DNA of 64,000 nt, from assembly GCA_965243655.1 (NCBI GenBank), contig CBDEVV010000017.1, positions 1,396,319-1,460,318 on the forward strand, given 5' to 3'. Both the position numbers and the translations under genes were made by a program. The notes under the pieces were generated by a model. It did not search any database, was not told where the DNA came from, and was given only the letters and a program-made list of their open reading frames with translations. The DNA is from Dehalococcoidia bacterium (GTDB lineage: Bacteria; Chloroflexota; Dehalococcoidia; Lucifugimonadales; CAJWER01). Shown piece by piece: positions 34,631 to 43,787 of this stretch. How positions within the stretch are numbered: the stretch's first letter is position 1; each line of letters opens with the position of its first letter.

Positions 34631-35267
34631 CGGCTTGAAGCTAGTCCTGCTGGGACCGCCCGGCGCCGGGAAGGGCACCCAGGCTGCCATGCTCGCAGAG
34701 GATGTCGGGGTTCCCAGGGTTTCGTCAGGAGACCTGTTCCGGGACCATCAGAGTCGGGATACCGAGTTGGGACGCCTCGCAAAGTCCTACATGGAGCGGG
34801 GGGCGTACGTGCCGGACGACGTGACGATTGCAATGGTGATGGACTGGATTGACGACCAGGAAGGCAAAGGAGGCTATCTGCTTGACGGCTTCCCCAGGAC
34901 GCTCGCCCAGGCAGAGGCGCTGGACGAGGCCGTGAAGGACAAGGGAGGTATCGACATAGCCCTGAACATAAGGGTTGGCACCGACGAGCTGGTGAAACGG
35001 CTTTCCAGCCGGCTCATCTGTAGCGGCTGCCAGGCTCCCTTCAGTCGTGACACCTCTATCGGGGATTCTTGCGGATCGTGCGAAGGGGAGTTGTACCAGC
35101 GAGATGACGACAGGCCCGAGGCAATCGGCAAGAGACTGGAAACATACTTCAAGGAGACGGAGCCGCTGGTCGACTTCTACCGGCAGGCAGGCGTCCTGAG
35201 AGAGGTCGACGGCGAAGGTTCGGTCGATGAAGTGAGGACGGCCATAGGGACGGCGCTGGAGAAGTAG
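34611..35267 (+). CDS. adk: adenylate kinase (zinc-lid type)
   Basis: LVLLGPPGAGKGTQA, lid CSGC...CGSC. Alternative TTG start at 34635. Confidence 0.95.
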   Translation: MKDSSGNGLKLVLLGPPGAGKGTQAAMLAEDVGVPRVSSGDLFRDHQSRDTELGRLAKSYMERGAYVPDDVTIAMVMDWIDDQEGKGGYLLDGFPRTLAQAEALDEAVKDKGGIDIALNIRVGTDELVKRLSSRLICSGCQAPFSRDTSIGDSCGSCEGELYQRDDDRPEAIGKRLETYFKETEPLVDFYRQAGVLREVDGEGSVDEVRTAIGTALEK

Positions 35268-35319
35268 AGCGCCCGCGAGAGGAGATTAGAGAATAGAGCG
35301 TACGGCTTCCATAGGTGGT

Positions 35320-36072
35320 GTGAGATCTTCCGGCGTGACCATCAAGTCCGCCGCCGAACTGGACTGCATGCGCAGGGCCGGGGAGGTCGTGCGCGAAGTG
35401 AAGAAGAAGATACGGGAGGAGATAAGGCCTGGCGCGACGACGATCGAGTTGGACAGGTTGGCGGAACGGGAGATTAGGGCGCGAGGGGCGGTGCCGGCTT
35501 TCAAGGGACTCTACGGCTTCCCTGCGACGATCTGCGCCTCTCTGAACGAAGAGGTCGTGCACGGCATTCCGTCTGACCGCGTGATAATGGATGGGGACTT
35601 AGTGAGCATCGATGTGGGGGCCGTGGTGGACGGATTTTATTCCGACAGCGCCTTCACGGTAGCTGCGGGTAGAGTCGGAAAGCGCAAGCAGGCCCTGATC
35701 GACGACACCCATGAATCGCTGCAGCGTGGTATCGCGCAAGTGAGGCCGGGGGCCCGCGTGGGCGACGTGTCTTCCGCTGTGCAGCGATTCGCCGAGGCGA
35801 AGGGTTACGGCGTAGTGCGGCAGTACGTGGGACATGGCATCGGCAGGGCCCTCCATGAGGACCCCCCTATCCCGAACCACGGCCCCCCGGGCAAGGGCGT
35901 CCTCCTGAGAGAGGGCATGACAATAGCGATCGAGCCTATGTTGAACCTGGGAACATGGGAGACCGAGGTGCTGGACGACAATTGGACCGTGGTCACGGCC
36001 GATGGCGCGCTATCGGCCCACTTCGAGCACACGGTCGCAGTAACCGACCGGGGCGCCGAGGTGCTAACCTAG
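35320..36072 (+). CDS. map: type I methionine aminopeptidase
   Basis: [26 protein letters not shown] and EPML, GTG start. Confidence 0.94.
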   Translation: MRSSGVTIKSAAELDCMRRAGEVVREVKKKIREEIRPGATTIELDRLAEREIRARGAVPAFKGLYGFPATICASLNEEVVHGIPSDRVIMDGDLVSIDVGAVVDGFYSDSAFTVAAGRVGKRKQALIDDTHESLQRGIAQVRPGARVGDVSSAVQRFAEAKGYGVVRQYVGHGIGRALHEDPPIPNHGPPGKGVLLREGMTIAIEPMLNLGTWETEVLDDNWTVVTADGALSAHFEHTVAVTDRGAEVLT

Positions 36073-36082
36073 AGGGAGAGAT

Positions 36083-36340
36083 TTGCCCAAGTCAGAAGCG
36101 ATAGAGGTCGAGGGCGTCGTCTCAGAATCACTTCGAGACGCAACCTTCAGGGTAGAGCTGGCGAACGGCCACGAGGTCATGGCCAAGATATCCGGCAGGT
36201 TGCGGGTGAACTACATACGGGTGCTGCCGGGAGACAGGGTCCTCGTGGAGCTCTCGCCGTACGATCTCTCTCGCGGCAGGATAACGTACAGGTTCTCCAC
36301 GGGCGGTCCCAGGCGCTCCGACAGCTCCAGGAGGCGGTGA
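36083..36340 (+). CDS. infA: translation initiation factor IF-1 (short basic C-terminal tail)
   Basis: [50 protein letters not shown] start. There are 13 or so extra residues after RGRITYRF. Confidence 0.93.
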   Translation: MPKSEAIEVEGVVSESLRDATFRVELANGHEVMAKISGRLRVNYIRVLPGDRVLVELSPYDLSRGRITYRFSTGGPRRSDSSRRR

Positions 36341-36342
36341 CA

Positions 36343-36456
36343 ATGAAAGTGTCGGCGTCGGTCAAGAAGCGATGTGCAAAGTGCAGGATCGTCAGGCGGC
36401 GAGGCCGCGTGATGGTGATCTGCGAGAACAAGCGCTGCAAGCAGCGACAGGGCTGA
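36343..36456 (+). CDS. rpmJ: 50S ribosomal protein L36
   Basis: Below the ORF-track size cutoff. My translation is [37 protein letters not shown], then stop TGA 36454-36456. Confidence 0.93.
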   Translation: MKVSASVKKRCAKCRIVRRRGRVMVICENKRCKQRQG

Positions 36457-36478
36457 GCGGGGACCTAGGAGGACACAT

Positions 36479-36862
36479 ATGGCAATCGTATCGGGAGTGA
36501 ACATCCCCGACGAAAAGCGCGTGGAAATCTCTCTGCAGCGCATCTACGGCATCGGTCTGGCCCAGGCCAGGGACGTGGTTGACAAGGCCGGCATCGTCGG
36601 CAATCCGCATGTGCGCGATCTGACCGAGTCGGACCTGACCCGCATCAGGGAGATCGTGGACCGCGAGAAGAAGGTCGAGGGCGACCTTCGGCGCGAGGTC
36701 AACATGAACATCCGGCGCCTGATAGACATAGGAAGCTACAGGGGCCACAGGCACCGCAGGGGGCTCCCTGTCAGGGGCCAGCGCACGCGTACTAACGCCC
36801 GGGCCAAGCGGCCCAAGAGGGTCCCTGTGGCAGGACGGCGCCACACGACGACGAGGACGTAG
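36479..36862 (+). CDS. rpsM: 30S ribosomal protein S13
   Basis: [23 protein letters not shown]... Confidence 0.96.
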   Translation: MAIVSGVNIPDEKRVEISLQRIYGIGLAQARDVVDKAGIVGNPHVRDLTESDLTRIREIVDREKKVEGDLRREVNMNIRRLIDIGSYRGHRHRRGLPVRGQRTRTNARAKRPKRVPVAGRRHTTTRT

Positions 36863-36874
36863 GAGAGCAGCGAT

Positions 36875-37261
36875 ATGCCAAGGAAGCCGCGTACGAGACG
36901 ACGGGTTCGGAAGAACGTGCCGGTGGGACGCGCGTACATACAGTCCACCTTCAACAACACCGTCATTACGCTCACCGACCCGCAGGGGAACCCCATAGCC
37001 TGGGGAAGCGCAGGGACAGCCGGGTTCATCGGCTCCCGGAAGTCGACCGCCTTCGCGGCGCAGCGAGCGGCCGAGAATGCGGCTCGCAGGGGGCTGGAAC
37101 AGGGTCTCCGCCAGGTGGAGGCTTTCGTGCGAGGACCCGGCGCGGGCCGCGAAGCCGCCATACGGACTTTGCAGTCCGCCGGAATGAGAGTGACGAGCAT
37201 ACGAGACGTTACCCCGGTGCCGCACAATGGATGCAGGCCCCGCAAGCGCCGCCGGGTATAG
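36875..37261 (+). CDS. rpsK: 30S ribosomal protein S11
   Basis: [30 protein letters not shown]. Confidence 0.96.
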   Translation: MPRKPRTRRRVRKNVPVGRAYIQSTFNNTVITLTDPQGNPIAWGSAGTAGFIGSRKSTAFAAQRAAENAARRGLEQGLRQVEAFVRGPGAGREAAIRTLQSAGMRVTSIRDVTPVPHNGCRPRKRRRV

Positions 37262-37307
37262 ACGAGGCTTCTGGGCAACACCAGAGAAGGACCAGCGAGA
37301 CCTAAGC

Positions 37308-37937
37308 ATGGCAAGATACACAGACCCAGTCTGCCGGCAATGCCGGCGAATAGGCGAAAAGCTATTCCTCAAGGGCGATCGCTGCTATTCGCCCAAGTGC
37401 GCAGTGGAGCGCCGCAAGCGGCCCCCCGGCGAGCAGGTGCCGAGGCGCCGGAGGGCCTCCGAATGGGCGATCCAGCTCAAGGAGAAGCAGAAGGCGCGCT
37501 TCACCTACGGAGTGCTCGAGCGCCAGTTCAGAGGCTACTACGACGCTGCCCGAGAGCAGACCGGAGCAACCGGCGACCTGATCCTCCAGATGCTCGAGAG
37601 CCGGCTGGATAACGTCGTCTACAGGCTTTCGTTCGTCGACTCCCGTCGGCAGGCGAGGCAGCTGGTCAACCACGGCCACTTCACGGTCAACGGCAGGAGA
37701 ATGGACGTGCCTTCGTACAGGGTGAAGGAGGGCGACACCATCGCCTGGAAGGCAGTGAACGACTCGAAGCCGCGCTTCATCGAGACGCTGACCGAAGACA
37801 TTCCCAAGCGCCCGGTGCCAAGCTGGCTGCGCCTCGACCCGGCCGCGTTGACCGGCGAGGTCATGGCCCTGCCCGTGGTGACCGAGATCGACACGGGTAT
37901 CGACTCTCGACTCATAGTTGAGTTCTACTCGAGATAG
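37308..37937 (+). CDS. rpsD: 30S ribosomal protein S4
   Basis: ATG 37308, MARYTDPVCRQCRRIGEKLFLKGDRC. The track ORF begins at 37227 inside rpsK. Confidence 0.95.
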   Translation: MARYTDPVCRQCRRIGEKLFLKGDRCYSPKCAVERRKRPPGEQVPRRRRASEWAIQLKEKQKARFTYGVLERQFRGYYDAAREQTGATGDLILQMLESRLDNVVYRLSFVDSRRQARQLVNHGHFTVNGRRMDVPSYRVKEGDTIAWKAVNDSKPRFIETLTEDIPKRPVPSWLRLDPAALTGEVMALPVVTEIDTGIDSRLIVEFYSR

Positions 37938-37996
37938 CTTGGGAGTCGTGACGCCTCGTAAGGCGCTCCCAACGAGCCGATAGGAGACTCCACCAT

Positions 37997-39136
37997 ATGC
38001 TCAACTTCCAACCGTTCGCATCGGATGATGTCCCCGAGGACGGGACGGAGCCTCTGCAGGACCCGACCATAGAGGTCGAGGAGGCGGACGAACAGTATGG
38101 CAAGTTCGTGGCCGGTCCCCTCCCCAAAGGCTACGGAATGACATTGGGGAACCCGCTCAGGCGCGTCCTGTACAGTTCGCTGCCGGGAACGGCCGTGACA
38201 TCGGTGAAAATCGAGGGTGTACTCCACGAGTACGCTACCATCCCCCATGTCAAGGAGGAGGTCTCGGAGATACTCCTGAACATCAAGGGCATCCGCCTCA
38301 GGTCTGAGGTGGACAGGCCGGGCAAGCTGAGGCTCGAAGTCGCCGGCCAGGGCAAGGTTTGCGCGGGCGACATCATGGCATCCTCCGACTACGAGGTCGT
38401 GAACCCCGAGATGCATATCGCTACCCTGGACTCTGACCAGGCCAAGCTCTCGGTCGAGTTCAACGTGGAGCGCGGCACGTCTTATCAGGAAGCGGAGGGC
38501 GAGGGCCTCCCCATAGGCGTGCTGCCAGTGGACGCGATCTACGGCCCGGTCCGGAAGGTCAGGTACTTCACAACGGAGAACATCAGGGTGGGCCAGAGGA
38601 CCGACCTGGAACGTCTGACCATAGAGGTGTGGACGGACGGGTCCATCTCGCCCATCAATGCCCTCCAGCAGGCTGGGAACGAGTTGGTCACCAGGTTCTT
38701 CCTGTTCGCCAACGCGGAGCGCGTCGTCAAAGGAGATGGAGCCCCGCCTGTGGCCCTGCAAATCTCGCCGGAAATGTACAGCGTCCCTGTGGAGCAGCTG
38801 GACCTGTCGTCAAGGACACTGAACTGCCTGAAGAGGGCGGGGCTCGACCAGGTCGGCCATATACTGGAGATGAAGCCGGAGGACCTCCTGGAGATCAGGA
38901 ACTTTGGAGAGAAGTCGCTCCACGAGCTCTACGGTAGGCTCAGGGAGTCGAACCTGCTGCCGCCGGCGCTCGACCCGGAGCTTGAGAGTCAGGACCAGGA
39001 GGAGCAGCCGGTCGAAGAGCCCACGGAGGTCGTGGAGGAGAAAGAGGAGAAGCCCGCCAACAAGGAGGCTGATGACATCGAGTCGGGATTGGACGCGGTG
39101 TTCTCCCAGATCGAAGGACTTGGTGAAGATCAATGA
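37997..39136 (+). CDS. rpoA: DNA-directed RNA polymerase alpha subunit (acidic C-terminal tail)
   Basis: [34 protein letters not shown] motif [16 protein letters not shown]...NFGEKSL. Confidence 0.95.
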   Translation: MLNFQPFASDDVPEDGTEPLQDPTIEVEEADEQYGKFVAGPLPKGYGMTLGNPLRRVLYSSLPGTAVTSVKIEGVLHEYATIPHVKEEVSEILLNIKGIRLRSEVDRPGKLRLEVAGQGKVCAGDIMASSDYEVVNPEMHIATLDSDQAKLSVEFNVERGTSYQEAEGEGLPIGVLPVDAIYGPVRKVRYFTTENIRVGQRTDLERLTIEVWTDGSISPINALQQAGNELVTRFFLFANAERVVKGDGAPPVALQISPEMYSVPVEQLDLSSRTLNCLKRAGLDQVGHILEMKPEDLLEIRNFGEKSLHELYGRLRESNLLPPALDPELESQDQEEQPVEEPTEVVEEKEEKPANKEADDIESGLDAVFSQIEGLGEDQ

Positions 39137-39486
39137 GACACAGGCTGTCAGGCAGAAAACTGGGGCGGCCCACGGCGCACCGAATGTCGATGCTTCGGAC
39201 CGCGGTAACGGACCTGCTGAGGCACGAGTCCGTGAAGACGACGGAGGCGAAGGCCAAGGAGATAAGGCGCTTGGCCGAGAAGACCATCACTCGCGGCAAG
39301 AAGGGCGACCTGCACAACAGGCGCATGGCTGCCGCCTTCCTTACGGACGAGAGCGTCGTGCGCAAGCTCTTCGATGAGCTTGGACCGCGCTACGAGGACA
39401 GGAACGGAGGCTACACTCGCATGATCAAGCTGGGCATGCGCAAGGGCGATGCAGCCGAAATGGCCCTGATAGAGCTGGTGTCCTAG
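39133..39486 (+). CDS. rplQ: 50S ribosomal protein L17
   Basis: [23 protein letters not shown]... Confidence 0.96.
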   Translation: MRHRLSGRKLGRPTAHRMSMLRTAVTDLLRHESVKTTEAKAKEIRRLAEKTITRGKKGDLHNRRMAAAFLTDESVVRKLFDELGPRYEDRNGGYTRMIKLGMRKGDAAEMALIELVS

Positions 39487-39491
39487 CGAGT

Positions 39492-39523
39492 CCCTTCCCC
39501 CTGAAGGGGAAGTTAGGATGGGG
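39492..39523. repeat. short hairpin repeat, family A variant
   Basis: cccttcccc ctga aggggaag + ttaggatgggg. Same architecture as 42568-42629 and 47256-47337. Confidence 0.5.
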
Positions 39524-39526
39524 CAC

Positions 39527-40294
39527 ATGAGGCTCGCTCTCGTCGTTGAGTACGAAGGCACGGTCTACAGCGGCTTCCAGTACCAGCCAAACGCACCGTC
39601 GATTCAGGAGGAGCTAGAGAAGGCAGTAGCAAAGCTGACAAGAGAAAAGGTGAGGGTGAGCGGCGCAGGCAGAACGGATGCCGGCGTCCATGCCAGGGGT
39701 CAGGTTGTAGCATTCGACACCTCGGCTCCGTACGGCCCGGACCAGTTTGTGAGTGCGTTGAACCACCACCTGCCGGCCGACATCGCCGTTAGGGATGCGT
39801 ACGAGGTCCATGACACCTTCGACCCCCGCCGGATGGCGAAGAGCCGCAGGTACGCATACACCATCCTCCGCGCTGCTGTACGCTCACCCCTCCGCAGGCT
39901 CAACACCTACCGGATTTCGTCGAGCTTGGACGTCGGGGAGATGCGCGAGGCCGCTAGGCGATTCGTCGGGGTCCACGACTTCGGGCGGTTCAGCGGACCG
40001 CTCGAAAGCCCGGAGGCGAGCACCGTCAGGGAGATATTCGATACAGGTGTCCGAGAGTTGGGCGACAGGATCGAGTTTCACGTGGAAGGAAATGCTTTCC
40101 TGCCGCATCAGGTCAGGCGCATGGCCGGGTCCCTAGTGGATGTTGGACTAGGCCGCCTCACGATAACGGACGTGGAGAAGATGGTCGAAGGGGTAGAGAC
40201 GATGGCGACGGCCCGCAGCCTTCCGGCGCGGGGACTGTGCCTCGAAGAAGTAAAGTACGCCGGGTTTCCGCCCGGCCCGGTGAAAGAACAATGA
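39527..40294 (+). CDS. truA: tRNA pseudouridine(38-40) synthase
   Basis: [20 protein letters not shown]...[11 protein letters not shown]. Track start 39518 lies inside the repeat, so ATG 39527 is preferred. Confidence 0.92.
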   Translation: MRLALVVEYEGTVYSGFQYQPNAPSIQEELEKAVAKLTREKVRVSGAGRTDAGVHARGQVVAFDTSAPYGPDQFVSALNHHLPADIAVRDAYEVHDTFDPRRMAKSRRYAYTILRAAVRSPLRRLNTYRISSSLDVGEMREAARRFVGVHDFGRFSGPLESPEASTVREIFDTGVRELGDRIEFHVEGNAFLPHQVRRMAGSLVDVGLGRLTITDVEKMVEGVETMATARSLPARGLCLEEVKYAGFPPGPVKEQ

Positions 40295-40749
40295 CAACGA
40301 CACAGACGAAGACAACAAAGAAACCGGCTGACGTCGCGGCGTGGCATGTCGTGGACGCTGCCGGCAAGACCTTGGGCCGCCTGGCCAGCGAAATCGCCGT
40401 GCTGCTCCAAGGCAAACACAACCCGGCCTATGTGACCTACCTGAACACGGGCGACTTCGTCGTCGTGATCAACGCGGAGAAGATCAGCGTCACCGGCAAG
40501 AAACTCGAGCAGAAGATGTACTACCGCCACAGCGGCTACCACGGCGGCTTGACGGAGCAGACGCTTTCGACTGTACTGGACAAGCACCCAACGCGGGTGG
40601 TGAAGAGCGCGGTCAAAGGCATGCTCCCCAAGAACACGCTCGGCAGGCGTATGTTGTCGCGGTTGAAGGTCTACGCAGGCAGCGAACATCCCCACGAGGC
40701 GCAGCTTCGGGCCCAGGAGAAACGGGCCGCAAAGCCCGTCTCCGATTGA
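40291..40749 (+). CDS. rplM: 50S ribosomal protein L13
   Basis: ATG 40291 overlaps the truA stop (ATGA). [28 protein letters not shown]. Confidence 0.95.
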   Translation: MTTTQTKTTKKPADVAAWHVVDAAGKTLGRLASEIAVLLQGKHNPAYVTYLNTGDFVVVINAEKISVTGKKLEQKMYYRHSGYHGGLTEQTLSTVLDKHPTRVVKSAVKGMLPKNTLGRRMLSRLKVYAGSEHPHEAQLRAQEKRAAKPVSD

Positions 40750-40778
40750 GCAACCTGAGCATCCAGGAGGAATCCCAG

Positions 40779-41174
40779 TTGACCCAGGAACACTACTACT
40801 ACGGTACCGGTCGGAGGAAGTCGTCGGTTGCCCGCGTGAGGCTCTACTCTGAGCGCGGCGCCATGATCGTGAACGGCAAGCCGATGGAGGAGGTATTCAC
40901 CTGGAAGTCCTGGCAGGACGAGGTGATGGAGCCCTTCCGCGTCACCAACACGTCAGGCCAGTTCAGGATAGTCGCCAAGGTCTCCGGCGGCGGCGTCGTG
41001 GGACAGGCCGGTGCGATGCGCCACGGGATATCCAGGGCGCTCCTCGAAGCTGATCCTAACCTCCGCCCAACCCTCAAGAAGGCCGGCCTCCTCACCCGCG
41101 ACGCTCGCGAAAAAGAGAGCAAGAAGTACGGCCTCAAGCGCGCCCGCAAGGCCGAGCAGTGGACCAAGCGCTAA
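40779..41174 (+). CDS. rpsI: 30S ribosomal protein S9
   Basis: TTG 40779 lies 8 nt after AGGAGG (40765-40770). [18 protein letters not shown]...[17 protein letters not shown]. Confidence 0.93.
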   Translation: MTQEHYYYGTGRRKSSVARVRLYSERGAMIVNGKPMEEVFTWKSWQDEVMEPFRVTNTSGQFRIVAKVSGGGVVGQAGAMRHGISRALLEADPNLRPTLKKAGLLTRDAREKESKKYGLKRARKAEQWTKR

Positions 41175-41215
41175 CCGCCAGCTAGGCGTCGACTACGTAG
41201 GTTGGGACTTTGTAG

Positions 41216-41236
41216 GGGCGGGTTTCAAACCCGCCC
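41216..41236. terminator. perfect 10-bp hairpin between convergent rpsI and the IMPDH-family gene
   Basis: gggcgggttt c aaacccgccc. There is no U-tract, so it could be a bidirectional terminator or a REP-like element. Confidence 0.45.
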
Positions 41237-41336
41237 TGTCGCTGTAGGGTGCTAAGCGAATTCGCTGCTGGGTCGACGAAATGCCACGGAGGACTTCTCA
41301 CCGAACCCCGGGTCCTCTGCGGTTAACGCAGGCCGC

Positions 41337-42476
41337 CTAGTACATCTCGATCTGCAGGTGCTTGCCCTCGGTCTTGATCGACGGGGCCAGGACTATGTCG
41401 GCGGAGTGCATGTCGCGGATGTTGAACGCGCCGACCATTCCCATGCACACTTCCAGCGCGCCCACGAGGTTCTGGGTCCCGTCGGGCTTCGAGGTCGGGC
41501 CGTACAGTATCTCCTTCAGCGAGCCCTCCACACCAACCTCGACGCGCACACCCCTGGGCAACGCCGGGTGCGGGCTCGCCATGCCCCAGTTGTAGCCCTT
41601 GCCGGGCGCCTCCTCCGACTGGGCGAGAGGCGTGCCGATCATTACCGCGTCGGCCCCGCAGGCGAATGCCTTGCACAAGTCGCCGCCTGTGCGTATCCCC
41701 CCGTCGGTGATGATGGGCACGTAGCGCCCCGTGCGCCGGTAATACTCGTCCCGGGCCGCCGAGCACTCGATGGTTGCCGTGACCTGGGGCACGCCCACGC
41801 CGGTCACCTCGCGCGTGGTGCAGGCCGCCCCCGGCCCGACCCCGACCAGCACCCCGTGAATCCCCGTCTCCATGAGCTCCAGCGCGACCTCGAACGTCAC
41901 GCAGTTGCCGACAATGACGGGGACGTTGATCATCTCCAGCAGGTCCGAGAAGACCAGGCCGCGCTTGCTCTTCGAAACGTGCCTCGCTGTCGTCACGGTC
42001 GACTGGACTACGATGGTGTCCGCCCCGGCCTCCACTGCAACCGGCGCCAGCCGCTTCGTGCTCGCCGGGGTAACAGAAACGGCGCACTTGGCGCCGCTGG
42101 ACTTTATCTCCTCGACCCTCTCCCCGATCAGGTGCTCCTGGATCGGGGCCGTGTAGACCCTCTGGAGAACGTTGGTGGCCTCTTCCCTGGGCGCCTCCAC
42201 GATCTCCTCGAGCATCGCGTCGGAGTCGTCGTACCTCGTGTGGACTCCCTCCAGGTTCATCACCGCCATGCCGCCCAGCTCGTCGAACTTGGCCGCGAAG
42301 GAAGGGGAGACGATTGCGTCCATCGCGGCGGCCAGGATTGGCATGGACATAGTCATGCCGTCGATGGAGAACTGCGTGCTCGTCTGGTCGGGGTTGATGG
42401 TGAACGCGCCGGGGGCGATGGCGACTTCGTCGAACCCGTATGCCCGCCGGACCTCTTTGAACCTGGGTGCTTCCAT
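41337..42476 (-). CDS. IMP dehydrogenase/GMP reductase family protein lacking CBS domains (GuaB-related)
   Basis: 379 aa. FDEVAIAPG...MPILAAAMD...[20 protein letters not shown] (catalytic Cys loop). Confidence 0.85.
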   Translation of the reverse strand: MEAPRFKEVRRAYGFDEVAIAPGAFTINPDQTSTQFSIDGMTMSMPILAAAMDAIVSPSFAAKFDELGGMAVMNLEGVHTRYDDSDAMLEEIVEAPREEATNVLQRVYTAPIQEHLIGERVEEIKSSGAKCAVSVTPASTKRLAPVAVEAGADTIVVQSTVTTARHVSKSKRGLVFSDLLEMINVPVIVGNCVTFEVALELMETGIHGVLVGVGPGAACTTREVTGVGVPQVTATIECSAARDEYYRRTGRYVPIITDGGIRTGGDLCKAFACGADAVMIGTPLAQSEEAPGKGYNWGMASPHPALPRGVRVEVGVEGSLKEILYGPTSKPDGTQNLVGALEVCMGMVGAFNIRDMHSADIVLAPSIKTEGKHLQIEMY

Positions 42477-42498
42477 GCGAGCCGCCTCCCGGACGTTT

Positions 42499-42534
42499 CC
42501 CGAAATTATAGTGTTTTCGGGCTCATACGGTCAA
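42499..42534 (-). promoter_or_regulatory. near-consensus promoter with an inverted repeat enclosing the -10
   Basis: On the minus strand: TTGACC (42534-42529), 18 nt, TATAAT (42510-42505). A 7-bp IR cccgaaa/tttcggg (42499-42505 / 42515-42521) brackets the -10. GGGAGG precedes the ATG. Confidence 0.55.
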
Positions 42535-42567
42535 GAAACCGGCGGCTTCTCAGACCCTTTCCAAAGT

Positions 42568-42629
42568 CCCCTCTCCCCTTTGCGGGAGAGGGTTAGAGCC
42601 TGCCCCGTACTCGATACGGGGGTGAGGGG
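42568..42629. repeat. short hairpin repeat, family A (two hairpins + GTGAGGGGG)
   Basis: cccctctcccctttgcgggagagggttagag, then ccccgtactcgatacgggg gtgaggggg. Confidence 0.6.
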
Positions 42630-42893
42630 GTTGGAAGGGCTCTGTCAGGCTGTGATAGCACCGGCCGGAATAGCTGGAACGTCCACCTCGACCATCGCGA
42701 CAGTCGTGTCCGACTCGGTGACTGCCCCTCCATTCTCAGAGAGGAGGCCAGCATGGTAGGTCATTGCCGGGTACTGTTACGGTTCCGCGTCTCTGGGAAT
42801 GCTTGAACTGACGGTGGCTTCCTCGAGTTCGCGCAAGCCACCCATCCCGCTCTATGAGACGTATGGCGTCTCTAACCTTCGGCGTTGAGGCTG

Positions 42894-43787
42894 TTAGCTC
42901 GCATCCTGATCACCCAAGGTTGCAGAGTCCATCAGATGGCCGGGATTCTTCCGAATTCTCCGGTCGTGAAACAGGTAATGGTTCGCATATCCCGCGTGCT
43001 CCCGGAAGTGCTCCATTGCCCATAGGCGCATCTTCGTGCGCGGGATATTGGCTCCCTCCAGGTACCACTCCCGCATCGCCTTGTCGATCCACGTGTCCAC
43101 CGGAAACGCCTCTGGCTTGTCCAGCGAGAACAGCATGACGCAGTTCGCGACCTTGTCCCCCACGCCGTCTAGGGACACAAGCGCCTCCAGCGCTGTCTCG
43201 TACGGAGCGTCGCGCAGAGACACCAGGTCCACCTCGCCGTCTGCGACGCTGCGAGCTGTGGCTTCGATGTACTCGGCCCTGTACCCCAGCCCTAGATCTC
43301 TCATCCGTCGCGCGGCCCCGTCCGTCGCAAGGGCCTCTGGCGTTGGGAAAGCGTGCGGGCCGTTCGAGCTCCCGTAGATTGGAGCGCCGAAGGTCTCGCA
43401 TATCGACTCTATGTTCCCGGTTATCCTAGGAATATTCGACGCCGACGAGCATATGAACGACACAAGGCACTCCCATGGGTCCTGGCGAAGCACCCTCATC
43501 CCCCGATACCTGTCGACGGCGTCCCGCAGCCTGTCGTCGAACGACATCGCCCGGTAGATGCTCTCGATGTCGACGTCGAGGCTAAGGTAGTCCCTTAGCT
43601 GCGGCTCGAGTTCCCCATCACCGTCATGGGCGGCGTCGACCTCCACCCCCTCAGGCGTGTTGCGGAGGCGCACGATTCGGCCGGCCACCACGCCCCTGAA
43701 CCAGCCATCCGCGGGCCTCCAGCGAAATGCCTGGCCGCTGAACAGGGTGCTTTGCAGGTCGAGGGGCCCTTTGTGATGCAGGATCAC
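42894..43787 (-). CDS. ogg: 8-oxoguanine DNA glycosylase / HhH-GPD family
   Basis: GTG 43787 overlaps the dinG stop (GTGA). LFSGQAFRW...DPWECLVSFICSSASNIPRITGNI...VSLDGVGDKVANCVMLFS. The track ORF N-terminus (to 44852) is an out-of-gene extension. Confidence 0.85.
   Translation of the reverse strand: MILHHKGPLDLQSTLFSGQAFRWRPADGWFRGVVAGRIVRLRNTPEGVEVDAAHDGDGELEPQLRDYLSLDVDIESIYRAMSFDDRLRDAVDRYRGMRVLRQDPWECLVSFICSSASNIPRITGNIESICETFGAPIYGSSNGPHAFPTPEALATDGAARRMRDLGLGYRAEYIEATARSVADGEVDLVSLRDAPYETALEALVSLDGVGDKVANCVMLFSLDKPEAFPVDTWIDKAMREWYLEGANIPRTKMRLWAMEHFREHAGYANHYLFHDRRIRKNPGHLMDSATLGDQDAS

Noticed and set aside
42645-42764. 39-aa minus-strand ORF MTYHAGLLSENGGAVTESDTTVAMVEVDVPAIPAGAITA in the long spacer
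   Set aside because: It has no Shine-Dalgarno, only moderate GC3 and no recognisable family, so it is not reported as a gene. It could be revisited if Ribo-seq or conservation data exist.
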